In this document: positions 44,694-53,604 of the stretch, piece after piece | Numbering within the stretch: the first letter of the stretch is position 1 | Layout of the letters: each line of letters starts with the position of its first letter | Assembly: GCA_001816585.1 (NCBI GenBank) | Contig: MHCJ01000003.1 | Coordinates: 586,681-650,680, forward strand | Length of the DNA stretch: 64,000 bases | Source: Candidatus Chisholmbacteria bacterium RIFCSPHIGHO2_01_FULL_52_32 | GTDB taxonomy: Bacteria; Patescibacteriota; Microgenomatia; UBA1400; Chisholmbacteraceae | Direction: 5' to 3' | The notes under the pieces: generated by a model | What the model was told of the DNA's origin: nothing | Database searches by the model: none | What the model saw: the letters and a program-made list of their open reading frames with translations, nothing else | Translations under genes and position numbers: made by a program

Positions 44694-46166
44694 TTATCGA
44701 TTCCGGGAAGGTTGTCCTTCCGGTTTGAGGGTGGGAAAGAGGATGACATCTTTAATCGAGGGACTGTCGGTAATGAATGCGACAAGGCGGTCAACCCCTA
44801 AACCCCAACCCGCTGTCGGGGGCATCCCGTACTCCAGAGCACGGATATAGTCCTCATCAATCATCTGGTATTCCAAAAGACCCTTTTTCGCGAGCGCCAT
44901 TTCCTCTTCCCAGCGCGCCCGTTGATCGATGGGATCGTTTAACTCGTTATAGGCATTCACCCATTCCTCGCCGGCAACCAAGAGTTGAAAACTTCCGGTT
45001 TTGCCGGGTTGGTCCGCTATCCTCTTGGCAAGCGGTTTCATCTCATATGGATAATCGATGAGGAACGCGGGGCCGCCAAGGTGTTCGCGCACCATCTTTT
45101 TGTAGAGTGCATCGAGGACAGCGGCGTAGCCAATCACTCCTTTTAAATCCAGTTCAAGCTTTTTCTTTCGGATTTCCGAGACCAGGAGCTTCTCGTTCCC
45201 TACTTTCACGATGTCTATCCCGGTGTATTTGGCGATTGCCTCTTGGTAGGGCAGACGTTGCCATGGTCTGGTAAAGTCGTAAGGCTTTCCAAGGTACTGG
45301 ACAACGAGCGTGCCTTTGATCGCCCGGATGATGGTCGTAACAAGTTCCTCGGTTAACTCCATGAGATCTTCATAGGTGGCGTATGCCCAATAAAATTCGG
45401 CTTGGGTGAACTCCGGGTTGTGGGAGCGGCTGATACCTTCGTTTCGAAAATCATGGCCGATCTCGTAGACCTTTTCGAACCCGCCAACAATCAGGCGCTT
45501 GAGGTAGAGTTCGTCAGCTATCCGAAGGTAAAAATCCCTGTCGAGGGCGTTGTGGTGCGTGACAAATGGTTTGGCTGTGGCTCCGCCGTAGATGGGCTGG
45601 AGAACGGGCGTTTCGACTTCAAAAAAACCCCGGCGGTCAAAAAATTCCCTCAACAATGAAACGATCCTGGTGCGGGTGACGAAGGTCTGTTTTACTTGGT
45701 CGTTGAACAAAAGATCGAGGTATCGCTGACGATACCGATCTTCAACATCCTTCAGACCGTACCAAGAGGCCGGCAGGGGGCGGAGGGATTTCGTTAGGAG
45801 ACGAAAGCTTTTTACCCTGACAGAGGATTCACCAGCCTCCGTGGTAAAGGTTACGCCGCTCGCCTCGATTGAATCTCCTAAATCCAACAATTCCAGACGA
45901 TCGAATTCTTCCCGTGAGAGATCATCTGCCTTCAAGACCAATTGAATTTTGCCGCTTTGGTCAACGAGATCCGCGAATTGAATCTTGCCGTGACCCCGCC
46001 ATGCCATCAGCCTTCCGGCAACCGTGACTTCGAGGCCTTCCTTTTTTCGTGCCTCGCTTGCCGTGTGGGTGCGGTTTGATTTTTGAGGGAACGGATCAAT
46101 CCCCAAGCTTCTGAGGGTCTGTAATTTGTTTTGTCTCGATTGCTTGACACGGTCTAAGCGGCTCAT
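44694..46166 (-). CDS. lysS: Lysyl-tRNA synthetase (class II)
   Basis: OB anticodon-binding domain plus class II core (FRNEGISRSHNPEFT...). Confidence 0.9.
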   Translation of the reverse strand: MSRLDRVKQSRQNKLQTLRSLGIDPFPQKSNRTHTASEARKKEGLEVTVAGRLMAWRGHGKIQFADLVDQSGKIQLVLKADDLSREEFDRLELLDLGDSIEASGVTFTTEAGESSVRVKSFRLLTKSLRPLPASWYGLKDVEDRYRQRYLDLLFNDQVKQTFVTRTRIVSLLREFFDRRGFFEVETPVLQPIYGGATAKPFVTHHNALDRDFYLRIADELYLKRLIVGGFEKVYEIGHDFRNEGISRSHNPEFTQAEFYWAYATYEDLMELTEELVTTIIRAIKGTLVVQYLGKPYDFTRPWQRLPYQEAIAKYTGIDIVKVGNEKLLVSEIRKKKLELDLKGVIGYAAVLDALYKKMVREHLGGPAFLIDYPYEMKPLAKRIADQPGKTGSFQLLVAGEEWVNAYNELNDPIDQRARWEEEMALAKKGLLEYQMIDEDYIRALEYGMPPTAGWGLGVDRLVAFITDSPSIKDVILFPTLKPEGQPSRNR

Positions 46167-46194
46167 TTTTCCCCTTGGCTTAGTATATCAGACG

Positions 46195-46235
46195 CAAAAA
46201 ACCCCGCCGTTTGACAATGGCGGGGTCCCTTTTCC
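46195..46235 (-). terminator. Rho-independent terminator downstream of greA (bidirectional hairpin)
   Basis: CCCCGCC-gtttgacaat-GGCGGGG flanked by A6 on one side and a T-rich run on the other. Confidence 0.65.
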
Positions 46236-46247
46236 TTGAGAAATACT

Positions 46248-46754
46248 CTAGTGGATCTTTTTTATTGTGTAGACGATTTTTCCTGCCGGTGCTTCGATTT
46301 CCACCTTGTCTCCCTGTTTCTTTCCCACCAAGGCCTTGCCTAAAGGAGATTGGTGAGAAATCTTCTTCTGGTTGGGATCAGCCTCCCATTCTCCAACGAT
46401 AGTGTAGGTGTGTGACTTTCCGTTCCCGATGATCGTCACGGTGCAACCGAGATCAACGGTCTGGCGTTTCTTTTTGTCGTCGATGAGCTTTGCCTTTGCC
46501 AGGAGCTCCTGAAGCTCTTCGATTCGTCCGTCAATGAAGGAGAGCTCGTCCCGGGCCTGGTGATATTCGCTGTTTTCCGTGAGATCGCCGAAGTCTCTGG
46601 CGCGCGCGACGCGCTCCACGACCTCCGGTCGCTTCGATTCAATAAGATTATTGAGTTCACGCTTCAGCTCCTCCAGCCCTTCAGAGGTCAGATGAACCGC
46701 TTTCGGTATCTGTGCCATGGTATGTTGCAGTTTTTTGTTCATTGATTTTGCCAC
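46248..46754 (-). CDS. greA: Transcription elongation factor GreA
   Basis: GreA coiled-coil plus FKBP-like C-terminus; DFGDLTENSEYHQARDE motif. Confidence 0.85.
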   Translation of the reverse strand: MAKSMNKKLQHTMAQIPKAVHLTSEGLEELKRELNNLIESKRPEVVERVARARDFGDLTENSEYHQARDELSFIDGRIEELQELLAKAKLIDDKKKRQTVDLGCTVTIIGNGKSHTYTIVGEWEADPNQKKISHQSPLGKALVGKKQGDKVEIEAPAGKIVYTIKKIH

Positions 46755-46976
46755 TTCCCGCCCTTCTTGTTTCTGGTTTTCCTGTCCTTTTTTGGAAAAC
46801 TGTTCGGGGTTAGTGTAAAAATAAACTCCGCAAAAAAGTATGGCGGAGGTTTGTTCTTGGCAGGTTATTATCGAGCGTATGTTACTGTATTAAACCACCT
46901 CTGTCAAGTCAATGCGTAGTCAAAACTTACGGAGTATCCCGGTTCCTATGCGCATTTCCCTGATACAATAGAGCCT

Positions 46977-47888
46977 ATGACTGCTGGAATCAAAGTCGGC
47001 CCGGCAAATTGGAAAGCGATTTTTTCGGATTATTACCCTCGGGTGTGTGAGGTTTGGTTTCGGGTTGACTGGCTCGAGCGCTACCTGAAGCTTTTTTTAT
47101 ATCTTCAGAGGAAAAACATCCAAGCCGGTCTTCATTTTTGGGGAATGCTTCCAGGTGGGATCATGCCGAATTTTGCCTTTCCTGATCCAGACGTCCGTGA
47201 GCCTTCTTTGGTACTTGTGAAACAAACGATTGATGCTGCAAGTGAGTTTGGACTGACCTATGTCAACATCCACCCGGGCTCCTATCGCTTGTCTACCGTA
47301 AACCTTAATCGGCTTTTCATGCGACCTGTTCCCGGGAGGGAAACTTCTTCCAGGGAGGGTGAAGCAGTACTTCGTGAAAATATCTCCGTTCTTCATGAGT
47401 ATGCAAAAAAACGGGGCGTCATACTACTCGTAGAAACGCTTCCCGCCAAAGAGCCGATGCACTGGCGCGATTTGGCAAAGGGCAGGATGCGCACACAAGA
47501 TATGAAAAATGTTCCCGTTGCGGCAGTTGAGATGCTTGCCGAAAATGGTGCTTGGATCACCAATGATCTCTGCCATACAGCGATGGATATCGTTTCCGAT
47601 GATCGAACTCACCTGTTTGCAAAACTTCTTGAGAAAACCAAGCGTCTGGCCAAACAAACGCGACTCATCCACGCCAATACCATGCTGCCTCCATTCAATG
47701 GTACGGATGGGCATTTAGGTATTCTTGATGAGGATTTCAAAAGCGGTGTTTTTCCATCAAGAGAACAGCTTGTTCATCTCCTATCCGTTTTTGCGCACCG
47801 GGATGACATTTGGGTCATTCCGGAGCCCTTTTCAAAAAATGCGGAAAATACCTTGGCACTGGAAAAACTTCTTGACGTGGTAAAATAG
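46977..47888 (+). CDS. Xylose-isomerase-like TIM-barrel protein (sugar phosphate isomerase/epimerase or AP-endonuclease-2 family)
   Basis: TIM-barrel metal-ligand pattern (...NIHPG..., ...LVETL..., NDLCH...). Confidence 0.45.
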   Translation: MTAGIKVGPANWKAIFSDYYPRVCEVWFRVDWLERYLKLFLYLQRKNIQAGLHFWGMLPGGIMPNFAFPDPDVREPSLVLVKQTIDAASEFGLTYVNIHPGSYRLSTVNLNRLFMRPVPGRETSSREGEAVLRENISVLHEYAKKRGVILLVETLPAKEPMHWRDLAKGRMRTQDMKNVPVAAVEMLAENGAWITNDLCHTAMDIVSDDRTHLFAKLLEKTKRLAKQTRLIHANTMLPPFNGTDGHLGILDEDFKSGVFPSREQLVHLLSVFAHRDDIWVIPEPFSKNAENTLALEKLLDVVK

Positions 47889-47933
47889 TGCCGTCTGTGG
47901 CGTTCGTCCACCCTGAACCAGAAAGATAGTCTG

Positions 47934-48008
47934 GTCGCGTTCGTCTAACGGTTAGGACATTAGGTTCTCAACCTAATAACAGGGGTTCGATTCCCCTACG
48001 CGACACCA
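47934..48008 (+). tRNA. tRNA-Glu (anticodon CUC)
   Basis: Hand-folded: 7-bp acceptor stem GTCGCGT/ACGCGAC, D arm GTCT-AACGGTTA-GGAC, anticodon arm TTAGG-TTCTCAA-CCTAA, T arm AGGGG-TTCGATT-CCCCT, discriminator A and encoded CCA. Confidence 0.85.
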
Positions 48009-48051
48009 CTCACACCAAACCGAAGTCGGTCCAATGCCTTTTCCCGGTTGA

Positions 48052-48756
48052 TTGAAAAATGATTTACTGTTTGACTATTCAGGTCACCTTCCGAGCGATA
48101 CTCCCATAATGACTTTTCGGAAACTTAAACACCTCATTCATTCCCCATTTCACCGGATGCAAGCCGAACGACTCGGATCGGAGATCGCACGACATGCGGG
48201 TTCTTCTTCGAGCCTTCTTGATGTGGGATGCGGAGATATGGTCATCACCCGTTACATCAACGATATTTCCCCCGGGAAAAAAGTCATGGGTGTTGATGTC
48301 GTCGATTACAGACAGACAAACATGCCGTTTTTGCTTTACGATGGTAACTCACTTCCCTTTGCGGATGAGAGTTTTGATACAGTCTATGCTATTTTTGTCC
48401 TTCATCACTGCACCGATGAGGTGCAGGTACTTAAAGAGATGCTTCGGGTTTCGAAAGTGAACGTCATTATTATCGAAGATATCTTTGACAGCGTTCTTGG
48501 AAAATACATCACGTATCTCAACGATTGGGTCGGAAACAGGATGGAGTCTGCTGATATCCCGATTCCTTTTCATTTCCATAGCGATGCACAATGGAAAGAT
48601 ATTTTTGACCTTCTTCGTTCTCGTGTGGACTATGAAAAAAGGGTCTATCAGCTACCGTTCCCTGTCAATTTTACACGTCAGAAGCTCTACGTTGTGTCGA
48701 AGTCCAAAGCTCGCTTCACCGTGAACAACGTTCATATTGCAGACGAGATCATTTAA
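48052..48756 (+). CDS. Class I SAM-dependent methyltransferase (type 11/12)
   Basis: LLDVGCGDMVITRY...GVDVVDY...AIFVLHH motifs I-III. Confidence 0.65.
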   Translation: MKNDLLFDYSGHLPSDTPIMTFRKLKHLIHSPFHRMQAERLGSEIARHAGSSSSLLDVGCGDMVITRYINDISPGKKVMGVDVVDYRQTNMPFLLYDGNSLPFADESFDTVYAIFVLHHCTDEVQVLKEMLRVSKVNVIIIEDIFDSVLGKYITYLNDWVGNRMESADIPIPFHFHSDAQWKDIFDLLRSRVDYEKRVYQLPFPVNFTRQKLYVVSKSKARFTVNNVHIADEII

Positions 48757-49069
48757 GCAAAGGGGCTGCTGTTTCGTCTCCTTGAGCGGTACTTACTTCA
48801 GATTGCCTGATGGTTCTGACCATTTCCCAAAAGGACCGGGGCTCGGTTCCTTCAGAAATCGCAATGAGGGCCCGGATGGTATGAATACCATGTTGGCGTT
48901 GCCTATGAATCAAATCTTGGCTGGGAAAATCTTGCCACTTTTCATCTTCACTATGATAATATCCCCAGTCCAGAAGAAGACTTCGGACTAAACGGGAAGC
49001 ATCTTCGGGCGAAATATAGGAATCATCGTACGAGGTTCCAAGTTTTTCTCTGAACTCTTCGACCCTCAT
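48749..49069 (-). CDS. Hypothetical protein (106 aa)
   Basis: Protein-like composition; convergent 8-nt overlap with the methyltransferase gene; no motif. Confidence 0.3.
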   Translation of the reverse strand: MRVEEFREKLGTSYDDSYISPEDASRLVRSLLLDWGYYHSEDEKWQDFPSQDLIHRQRQHGIHTIRALIAISEGTEPRSFWEMVRTIRQSEVSTAQGDETAAPLLK

Positions 49070-49138
49070 ACCTGAAATTATCCCCCAATTGTCAAATACT
49101 TTTGTTCATATTCATCTCATGGTATTATTGCTTTTGTT

Positions 49139-49375
49139 ATGTGCTTTGCTTTACCGCTCCGGGTGAAATCGACCTCTCAATCTAAAGCTGTGATGGAAGA
49201 TGGCAGACAGGTGAACCTTGCAATGGTGGGACAGAGTAAAAAAGGACAATGGCTTTTGGTTCAATCGAATCTGGCAGTTGATCGGCTTACTCAAGCTGAG
49301 GCGCGGGCAATGCGATCAGCGATCAAAGAGGCCACGTCGAACGTGGTTGGAGATTTCCATGAGGTCAAACTTTAA
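49139..49375 (+). CDS. hypC: [NiFe] hydrogenase maturation factor HypC/HupF
   Basis: N-terminal MCFALP (the MC[LIV][AG][LIV]P hallmark); C-terminal GQWLLVQSNLAV matches the GDYVLVHVGFAI region. Confidence 0.7.
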   Translation: MCFALPLRVKSTSQSKAVMEDGRQVNLAMVGQSKKGQWLLVQSNLAVDRLTQAEARAMRSAIKEATSNVVGDFHEVKL

Positions 49376-50288
49376 ATATGGGGTACAGTTGGCGCTTGCG
49401 ACGGCGATCTTTTCCGGGATTGCGAATTTTGTCAATAAGTTTGCAGTCTCCCAGGCCGATCCGTTGGTTTTTACGACACTTAAGAATATCCTCGTTGCGT
49501 TCTTCATCATCGGGGTTGTCATCTTTGCCCGCAAGTTCCCCAAGTTCCGCGCTCTTTCCCGCGGAGATATCATTCGGCTGTTGGCAATTGCAATTATCGG
49601 CGGGAGCCTGCCGTTCTACCTCTTTTTCTCCGCCCTCAAAGAGGTATCGGCCATCAATGCTTCCCTCATCCATAAGTCGTTGGTGGTTTGGGTGACACTT
49701 TTGGCAGTCCCCCTCCTTCGTGAACGGATCTCACCCATTCAGGTTGGTGCAATCGGACTTATCCTCAGCGCGAATCTACTCATCGGGGGTTTTCAAGGAT
49801 TCTCCTTGCAAGGTCCTGAACTCATGATCCTTGCAGCAACAGTGTTTTGGGCAGTTGAGAATGTCATTGCGAAAGTTACTTTGCGGCGTGTGGATCCGGA
49901 TATTGTCGTCGGGGCACGCATGGGCATTGGGTCCTTCATTCTTCTTTCCGCGCTCGTTCTCTCGGGAAAGACGACTCAGCTGTTCGCCTTCACTCCACAG
50001 CAGTTTGGGTTTACCCTACTGACTTCTTTCCTGCTGTTCGGCTATGTTTCGACCTGGTACCGAGCCCTGAGAGTGGCTCCGGTAACCCTAACGGCAACGG
50101 TGTTGACCTCGGCCACGCTGGTCACCAATCTTTTAAGCGCAGCATTTGTTACCCACACGTTTGGACTTTTTCAGTTTGCAGAACTTGTGTTTGTCATCGC
50201 CGGGCTTTGGTTTTTCCTTCTTGCTGCACGGAGTTTGGTTGACCCGGGCTCTCGTCACCTTGCCCCTTGGGTGGAAACGGTGCGATAA
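49359..50288 (+). CDS. EamA/DMT-family transporter
   Basis: Start at MRSNFKYG, 17-nt overlap with the hypC end; 10 TM helices. Confidence 0.55.
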   Translation: MRSNFKYGVQLALATAIFSGIANFVNKFAVSQADPLVFTTLKNILVAFFIIGVVIFARKFPKFRALSRGDIIRLLAIAIIGGSLPFYLFFSALKEVSAINASLIHKSLVVWVTLLAVPLLRERISPIQVGAIGLILSANLLIGGFQGFSLQGPELMILAATVFWAVENVIAKVTLRRVDPDIVVGARMGIGSFILLSALVLSGKTTQLFAFTPQQFGFTLLTSFLLFGYVSTWYRALRVAPVTLTATVLTSATLVTNLLSAAFVTHTFGLFQFAELVFVIAGLWFFLLAARSLVDPGSRHLAPWVETVR

Positions 50289-50291
50289 CCT

Positions 50292-51035
50292 ATGGATGGC
50301 GTTTTAGCGTGTGCGCGGTATAGCTTCGCCCCTAATTACTACAAATATTGCGGGCCGGATGCCAATCGATCAATCGCCGCTTACCTTCAAGAAGGGGTTT
50401 CCGATCCCGGACTTTCCGTATACCTTTCCGAGTTCGCCGTGCTTTACCCGTACCTGAAACTCATCGCCCACGAGAACGGACTTACCAATCCCTTCGATCC
50501 CCGAGTCGTTGAGGCATACTGGGTCGGGAATAACCTTCTCGAACACATCGGTATGAAGTCTTTTTCCCAGCATCTTCTGTATGAGCAGCATTTGAAGAAA
50601 CGATTGCCACAAAAAAAGCTTAAGTGGGTTATCGAAAAAGTCCCTAAAGGGGCCAAACTCCACCACAGTTTCCATGTGTTTTCTATCTACACACGGACGG
50701 GGCAAATGGCGGTTGAGCATACGATGGATACGATGGACAGTTGTAGAATTTCCTGGGGACAAATAATCGCAAATAGCAAATGGCAAATGGCAGATGGCAA
50801 TATAAGAGTAAGGACTCAACAGCTTGTCTATGAAGAGGGGAAGTTGCGACTAAAAGAGGGTGTGACTCGGGAGGTGATGTTGCCGGTTGCCAACGACTTC
50901 GGGAAAACTCTTAAACCCGGTGACTGGGTGACGACTCACTGGGGATTTGTATGTGACAGGATTTCAGGGGCAAAGGCGCAAAAGCTGGAGTATTACACAC
51001 ATCTTAACCTGTGGTTGGCGAATGAGACAATATGA
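50292..51035 (+). CDS. Hypothetical protein with C-terminal HypC-like OB domain
   Basis: C-terminal KPGDWVTTHWGFVCDRISGAKA resembles the HypC GDYVLVHVGFAIE motif. N-terminal 170 aa unknown, containing Cys motif CARYSFAPNYYKYCGP. Confidence 0.35.
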   Translation: MDGVLACARYSFAPNYYKYCGPDANRSIAAYLQEGVSDPGLSVYLSEFAVLYPYLKLIAHENGLTNPFDPRVVEAYWVGNNLLEHIGMKSFSQHLLYEQHLKKRLPQKKLKWVIEKVPKGAKLHHSFHVFSIYTRTGQMAVEHTMDTMDSCRISWGQIIANSKWQMADGNIRVRTQQLVYEEGKLRLKEGVTREVMLPVANDFGKTLKPGDWVTTHWGFVCDRISGAKAQKLEYYTHLNLWLANETI

Positions 51036-51062
51036 TTATTGCTATATTGCTAAATTGTTACA

Positions 51063-51482
51063 TTGTTGAAGAAGATTTGGATGAACAATAAGCGGCGAAT
51101 TTTTGTTTTCGGGAATCCGAGGGTGAGAGCTGATTCGTTGCCGCTTTGGATTCTTCCGAAATTACGGAAGCGATTTCCGAAGATTGAGTTCGTCGTCGCG
51201 GATCCGACAGAAATGCTTGACTATTCCGGTGAAGAGGTTTGGATCCTGGATTCGGCAACAGGCATTTCTGATGTCACTGTTTTTGAGCATCTCCCGGCTA
51301 TGGAATCGTCTGAGCGCATGAGCGTCCATGACTATGATCTGGCATACGAATTAAAACTTCTTCAGAAACTTGGGAAGCTTGGGAAGGTAAGGATCGTGGC
51401 TCTTCCAACGACAATGGGAGAGAGCGAGGCGCTCGCGCGTGTCTCTTCTTGTCTTACGAGCTTATTTGGGAATCAAGGATAG
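51063..51482 (+). CDS. Hydrogenase maturation endopeptidase (HycI/HoxW/HybD family)
   Basis: RIFVFGNPRVRADSLPLWI (the GNP...D metal-site motif) and a conserved His region (SVHDYDL). Confidence 0.6.
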   Translation: MLKKIWMNNKRRIFVFGNPRVRADSLPLWILPKLRKRFPKIEFVVADPTEMLDYSGEEVWILDSATGISDVTVFEHLPAMESSERMSVHDYDLAYELKLLQKLGKLGKVRIVALPTTMGESEALARVSSCLTSLFGNQG

Positions 51483-51494
51483 TCCTTACCGCTG

Positions 51495-52784
51495 TTACAA
51501 CCATTTCACTTTGAGGAAATGCGTTGCGCAGCTCATGCAGGGGTCGTAGGCGCGGATCAATTTTTCAATCTCCAGTGCCAATTTCTCTTTCCCAAGCCCG
51601 ATGTTGTTTTCAACCAGGGTTTTAACGTTCTTCTCCATGCTTACTTGGTTTTGGCCGGTCGGAACCACGATGTCGGCTTTCACAACCTTTCGATCCTTGA
51701 TTTCAAGCTCGTGGAAGAGGGTGCCCCGGGGCGCCTCTATCACTCCCACACCGACCCCTTCACTTGTCCCGCTTTGGGCGAGCGGTTCCTCAACAAGCTT
51801 CGGATTTCGCTCAAGAAGTTCTACGCTCTCGTCCAGGCAATGAAGAATTTCGATGGCTTGGGCAAGATTATTGTCGTAGACATTCTTTGACGGGAAACGG
51901 GCAAGGGCTTTGTCCGCGTCCTTTCTTGTCTTCGGATGGAGGTGGTCCTTTGAGAGATTGAGCCTTGCCAACGCCCCAACCATGTAAGGCTGACCTTTGA
52001 ATTTATAACCGGAGGCTTGGGAGTACGGAATGACCGTGTGTTCGAGGTGTTCACGGAAGTTCGCTTCCGGGATCGTTTCCCCGCTTGTCGAAGCAATATC
52101 GCCTGTCAAGAAGCCGTAATCGGCCGATTTAATCCCGACAAAATTCGTTTCATCCTCGAATCGAAACGGGCAATTGAGGAACACGTCGATAAGCCGCAGG
52201 GCAGCCGGCCGCGCCTTGAGCAATTTTTCCTTGGTGATTGCCAGTTCTTCTTCTTTGGGGAATTTTGTGTAGCCGCCAACCGCAACAAACGGGGCGTGGA
52301 CGCTGCGGCCGCCAAAGGCAATCGAGAGTTGGTTTCCCGCTTCTTTGACGATGAATGTATCGTGTAAAAGTTCATGTTCGCGGGAATCGTTTTCATCGAA
52401 ATCTAAGAGCGAATCCTTCCCGACCACATCGGGAAGCGAGAAGACGTAGAGATGAAGCCCGTGGTCGCGGATGATCAGGCCGCTGATGGTCAGCCGGCGC
52501 ATGAGCATCGTTTGCGGCGATGGCGTTATCCCGAGTGCCTTTTCCACGGATTCGACGCTGCACAAAAGATGGGCGTTGGAACAGGTCCCGCAAATACGGG
52601 CAAGTAGTTGCGGGACATCGGCAACATTTTTTCCCCGTATGCCTTGTGTGTAGAACCGTTTGAACTCGGTGATCTTCAGTTTCAAATCCACCACTTTCCC
52701 GTCGCGTACCATAAGATCAAGGGCGGCGGCACCCTCGATTTTGGAGATTTCTTCAAGAGACAAATCGAAAGAGGTAGAATGCAT
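51495..52784 (-). CDS. [NiFe] hydrogenase large subunit (group 3-like, 429 aa)
   Basis: N-terminal RICGTCSNAH (RxCGxCxxxH) and C-terminal DPCMSCATH (DPCxxCxxH), followed by a 7-aa tail as protease substrate. Confidence 0.85.
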   Translation of the reverse strand: MHSTSFDLSLEEISKIEGAAALDLMVRDGKVVDLKLKITEFKRFYTQGIRGKNVADVPQLLARICGTCSNAHLLCSVESVEKALGITPSPQTMLMRRLTISGLIIRDHGLHLYVFSLPDVVGKDSLLDFDENDSREHELLHDTFIVKEAGNQLSIAFGGRSVHAPFVAVGGYTKFPKEEELAITKEKLLKARPAALRLIDVFLNCPFRFEDETNFVGIKSADYGFLTGDIASTSGETIPEANFREHLEHTVIPYSQASGYKFKGQPYMVGALARLNLSKDHLHPKTRKDADKALARFPSKNVYDNNLAQAIEILHCLDESVELLERNPKLVEEPLAQSGTSEGVGVGVIEAPRGTLFHELEIKDRKVVKADIVVPTGQNQVSMEKNVKTLVENNIGLGKEKLALEIEKLIRAYDPCMSCATHFLKVKWL

Positions 52785-52849
52785 AGGATATAGAGATAAG
52801 GAATAAAGAATAAGTGTAGAGTCAAGATCGCCGACTTTGCACTTAATCT

Positions 52850-53353
52850 TTACTCTTTATTCTTTCTAATTCCGAATTCTTCAAAGAGTTTGTCCATAAG
52901 AACGAGGAATTGGTCGGTGTTCATCGGGCAGCCGGACACGAACGCATCAACGGGGACGATTTCGTTTACTCTGAGCACTTTGGGGAGATAGGCAAAACGC
53001 TTAAGAATCGGCTGGATCTCTGCTTTCGTGGTTTCGTCAAACAGATTCCGCTGAGCGGAGGGAAACCCTGAAACGGCGCAGGAACCGATGGCAACCAGCT
53101 TGGTTGCTGACTCACGGATCTTTTTTAGCTTCTCCGTCTGCTTCTCACTGGAAATGGCACCCTCTACAAATGCAACATCCAACTGTTCAAGCGGGCCGCT
53201 TTTACGAAAGACCTTGGCATTGACAAAATCCAAATGCATCCGCCAGGCGAAGAAATGTTCGTTCAGAAGCTCCGTTAGCATGATGGTTGAATCCTCGCAA
53301 CAAGTGAAGCTGAACCACCCGATGCGCAATTTTTTCGGGTTTGGATCCGTCAT
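52850..53353 (-). CDS. [NiFe] hydrogenase small subunit (HoxY/delta-like, proximal cluster only)
   Basis: Start at MTDPNPKKL. NuoB-like Cys ligands FTCCEDS, GSCAVSG, SGCPMN; about 168 aa, so no medial/distal clusters. Confidence 0.75.
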   Translation of the reverse strand: MTDPNPKKLRIGWFSFTCCEDSTIMLTELLNEHFFAWRMHLDFVNAKVFRKSGPLEQLDVAFVEGAISSEKQTEKLKKIRESATKLVAIGSCAVSGFPSAQRNLFDETTKAEIQPILKRFAYLPKVLRVNEIVPVDAFVSGCPMNTDQFLVLMDKLFEEFGIRKNKE

Positions 53354-53357
53354 TTCT

Positions 53358-53603
53358 TTACCTTTTGGACTGCGATTTCCGTAAGACTTTACCGAGGAAC
53401 GGAATGTGCTGTTTGGCAATCGCGAAAATGTAGATGATTTCAAGAATACCCAAGGTATTGATGATGAGCAGTGCGATGAACCACCACTTTTCTGACCGCC
53501 GGGCTGCAATCCAGAGGGCAAAGCCCTTCCACGGAATCACCCAGAGTTGGATGGCGGCAAGAAGCCATGGGTTTTGGGAAAAGAAGGCTTGCATTGGGTT
53601 CAT
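53358..53603 (-). CDS. Small 2-TM membrane protein
   Basis: 81 aa, two hydrophobic helices; in the same operon just upstream of the hydrogenase small subunit. Confidence 0.4.
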   Translation of the reverse strand: MNPMQAFFSQNPWLLAAIQLWVIPWKGFALWIAARRSEKWWFIALLIINTLGILEIIYIFAIAKQHIPFLGKVLRKSQSKR

Positions 53604-53604
53604 C

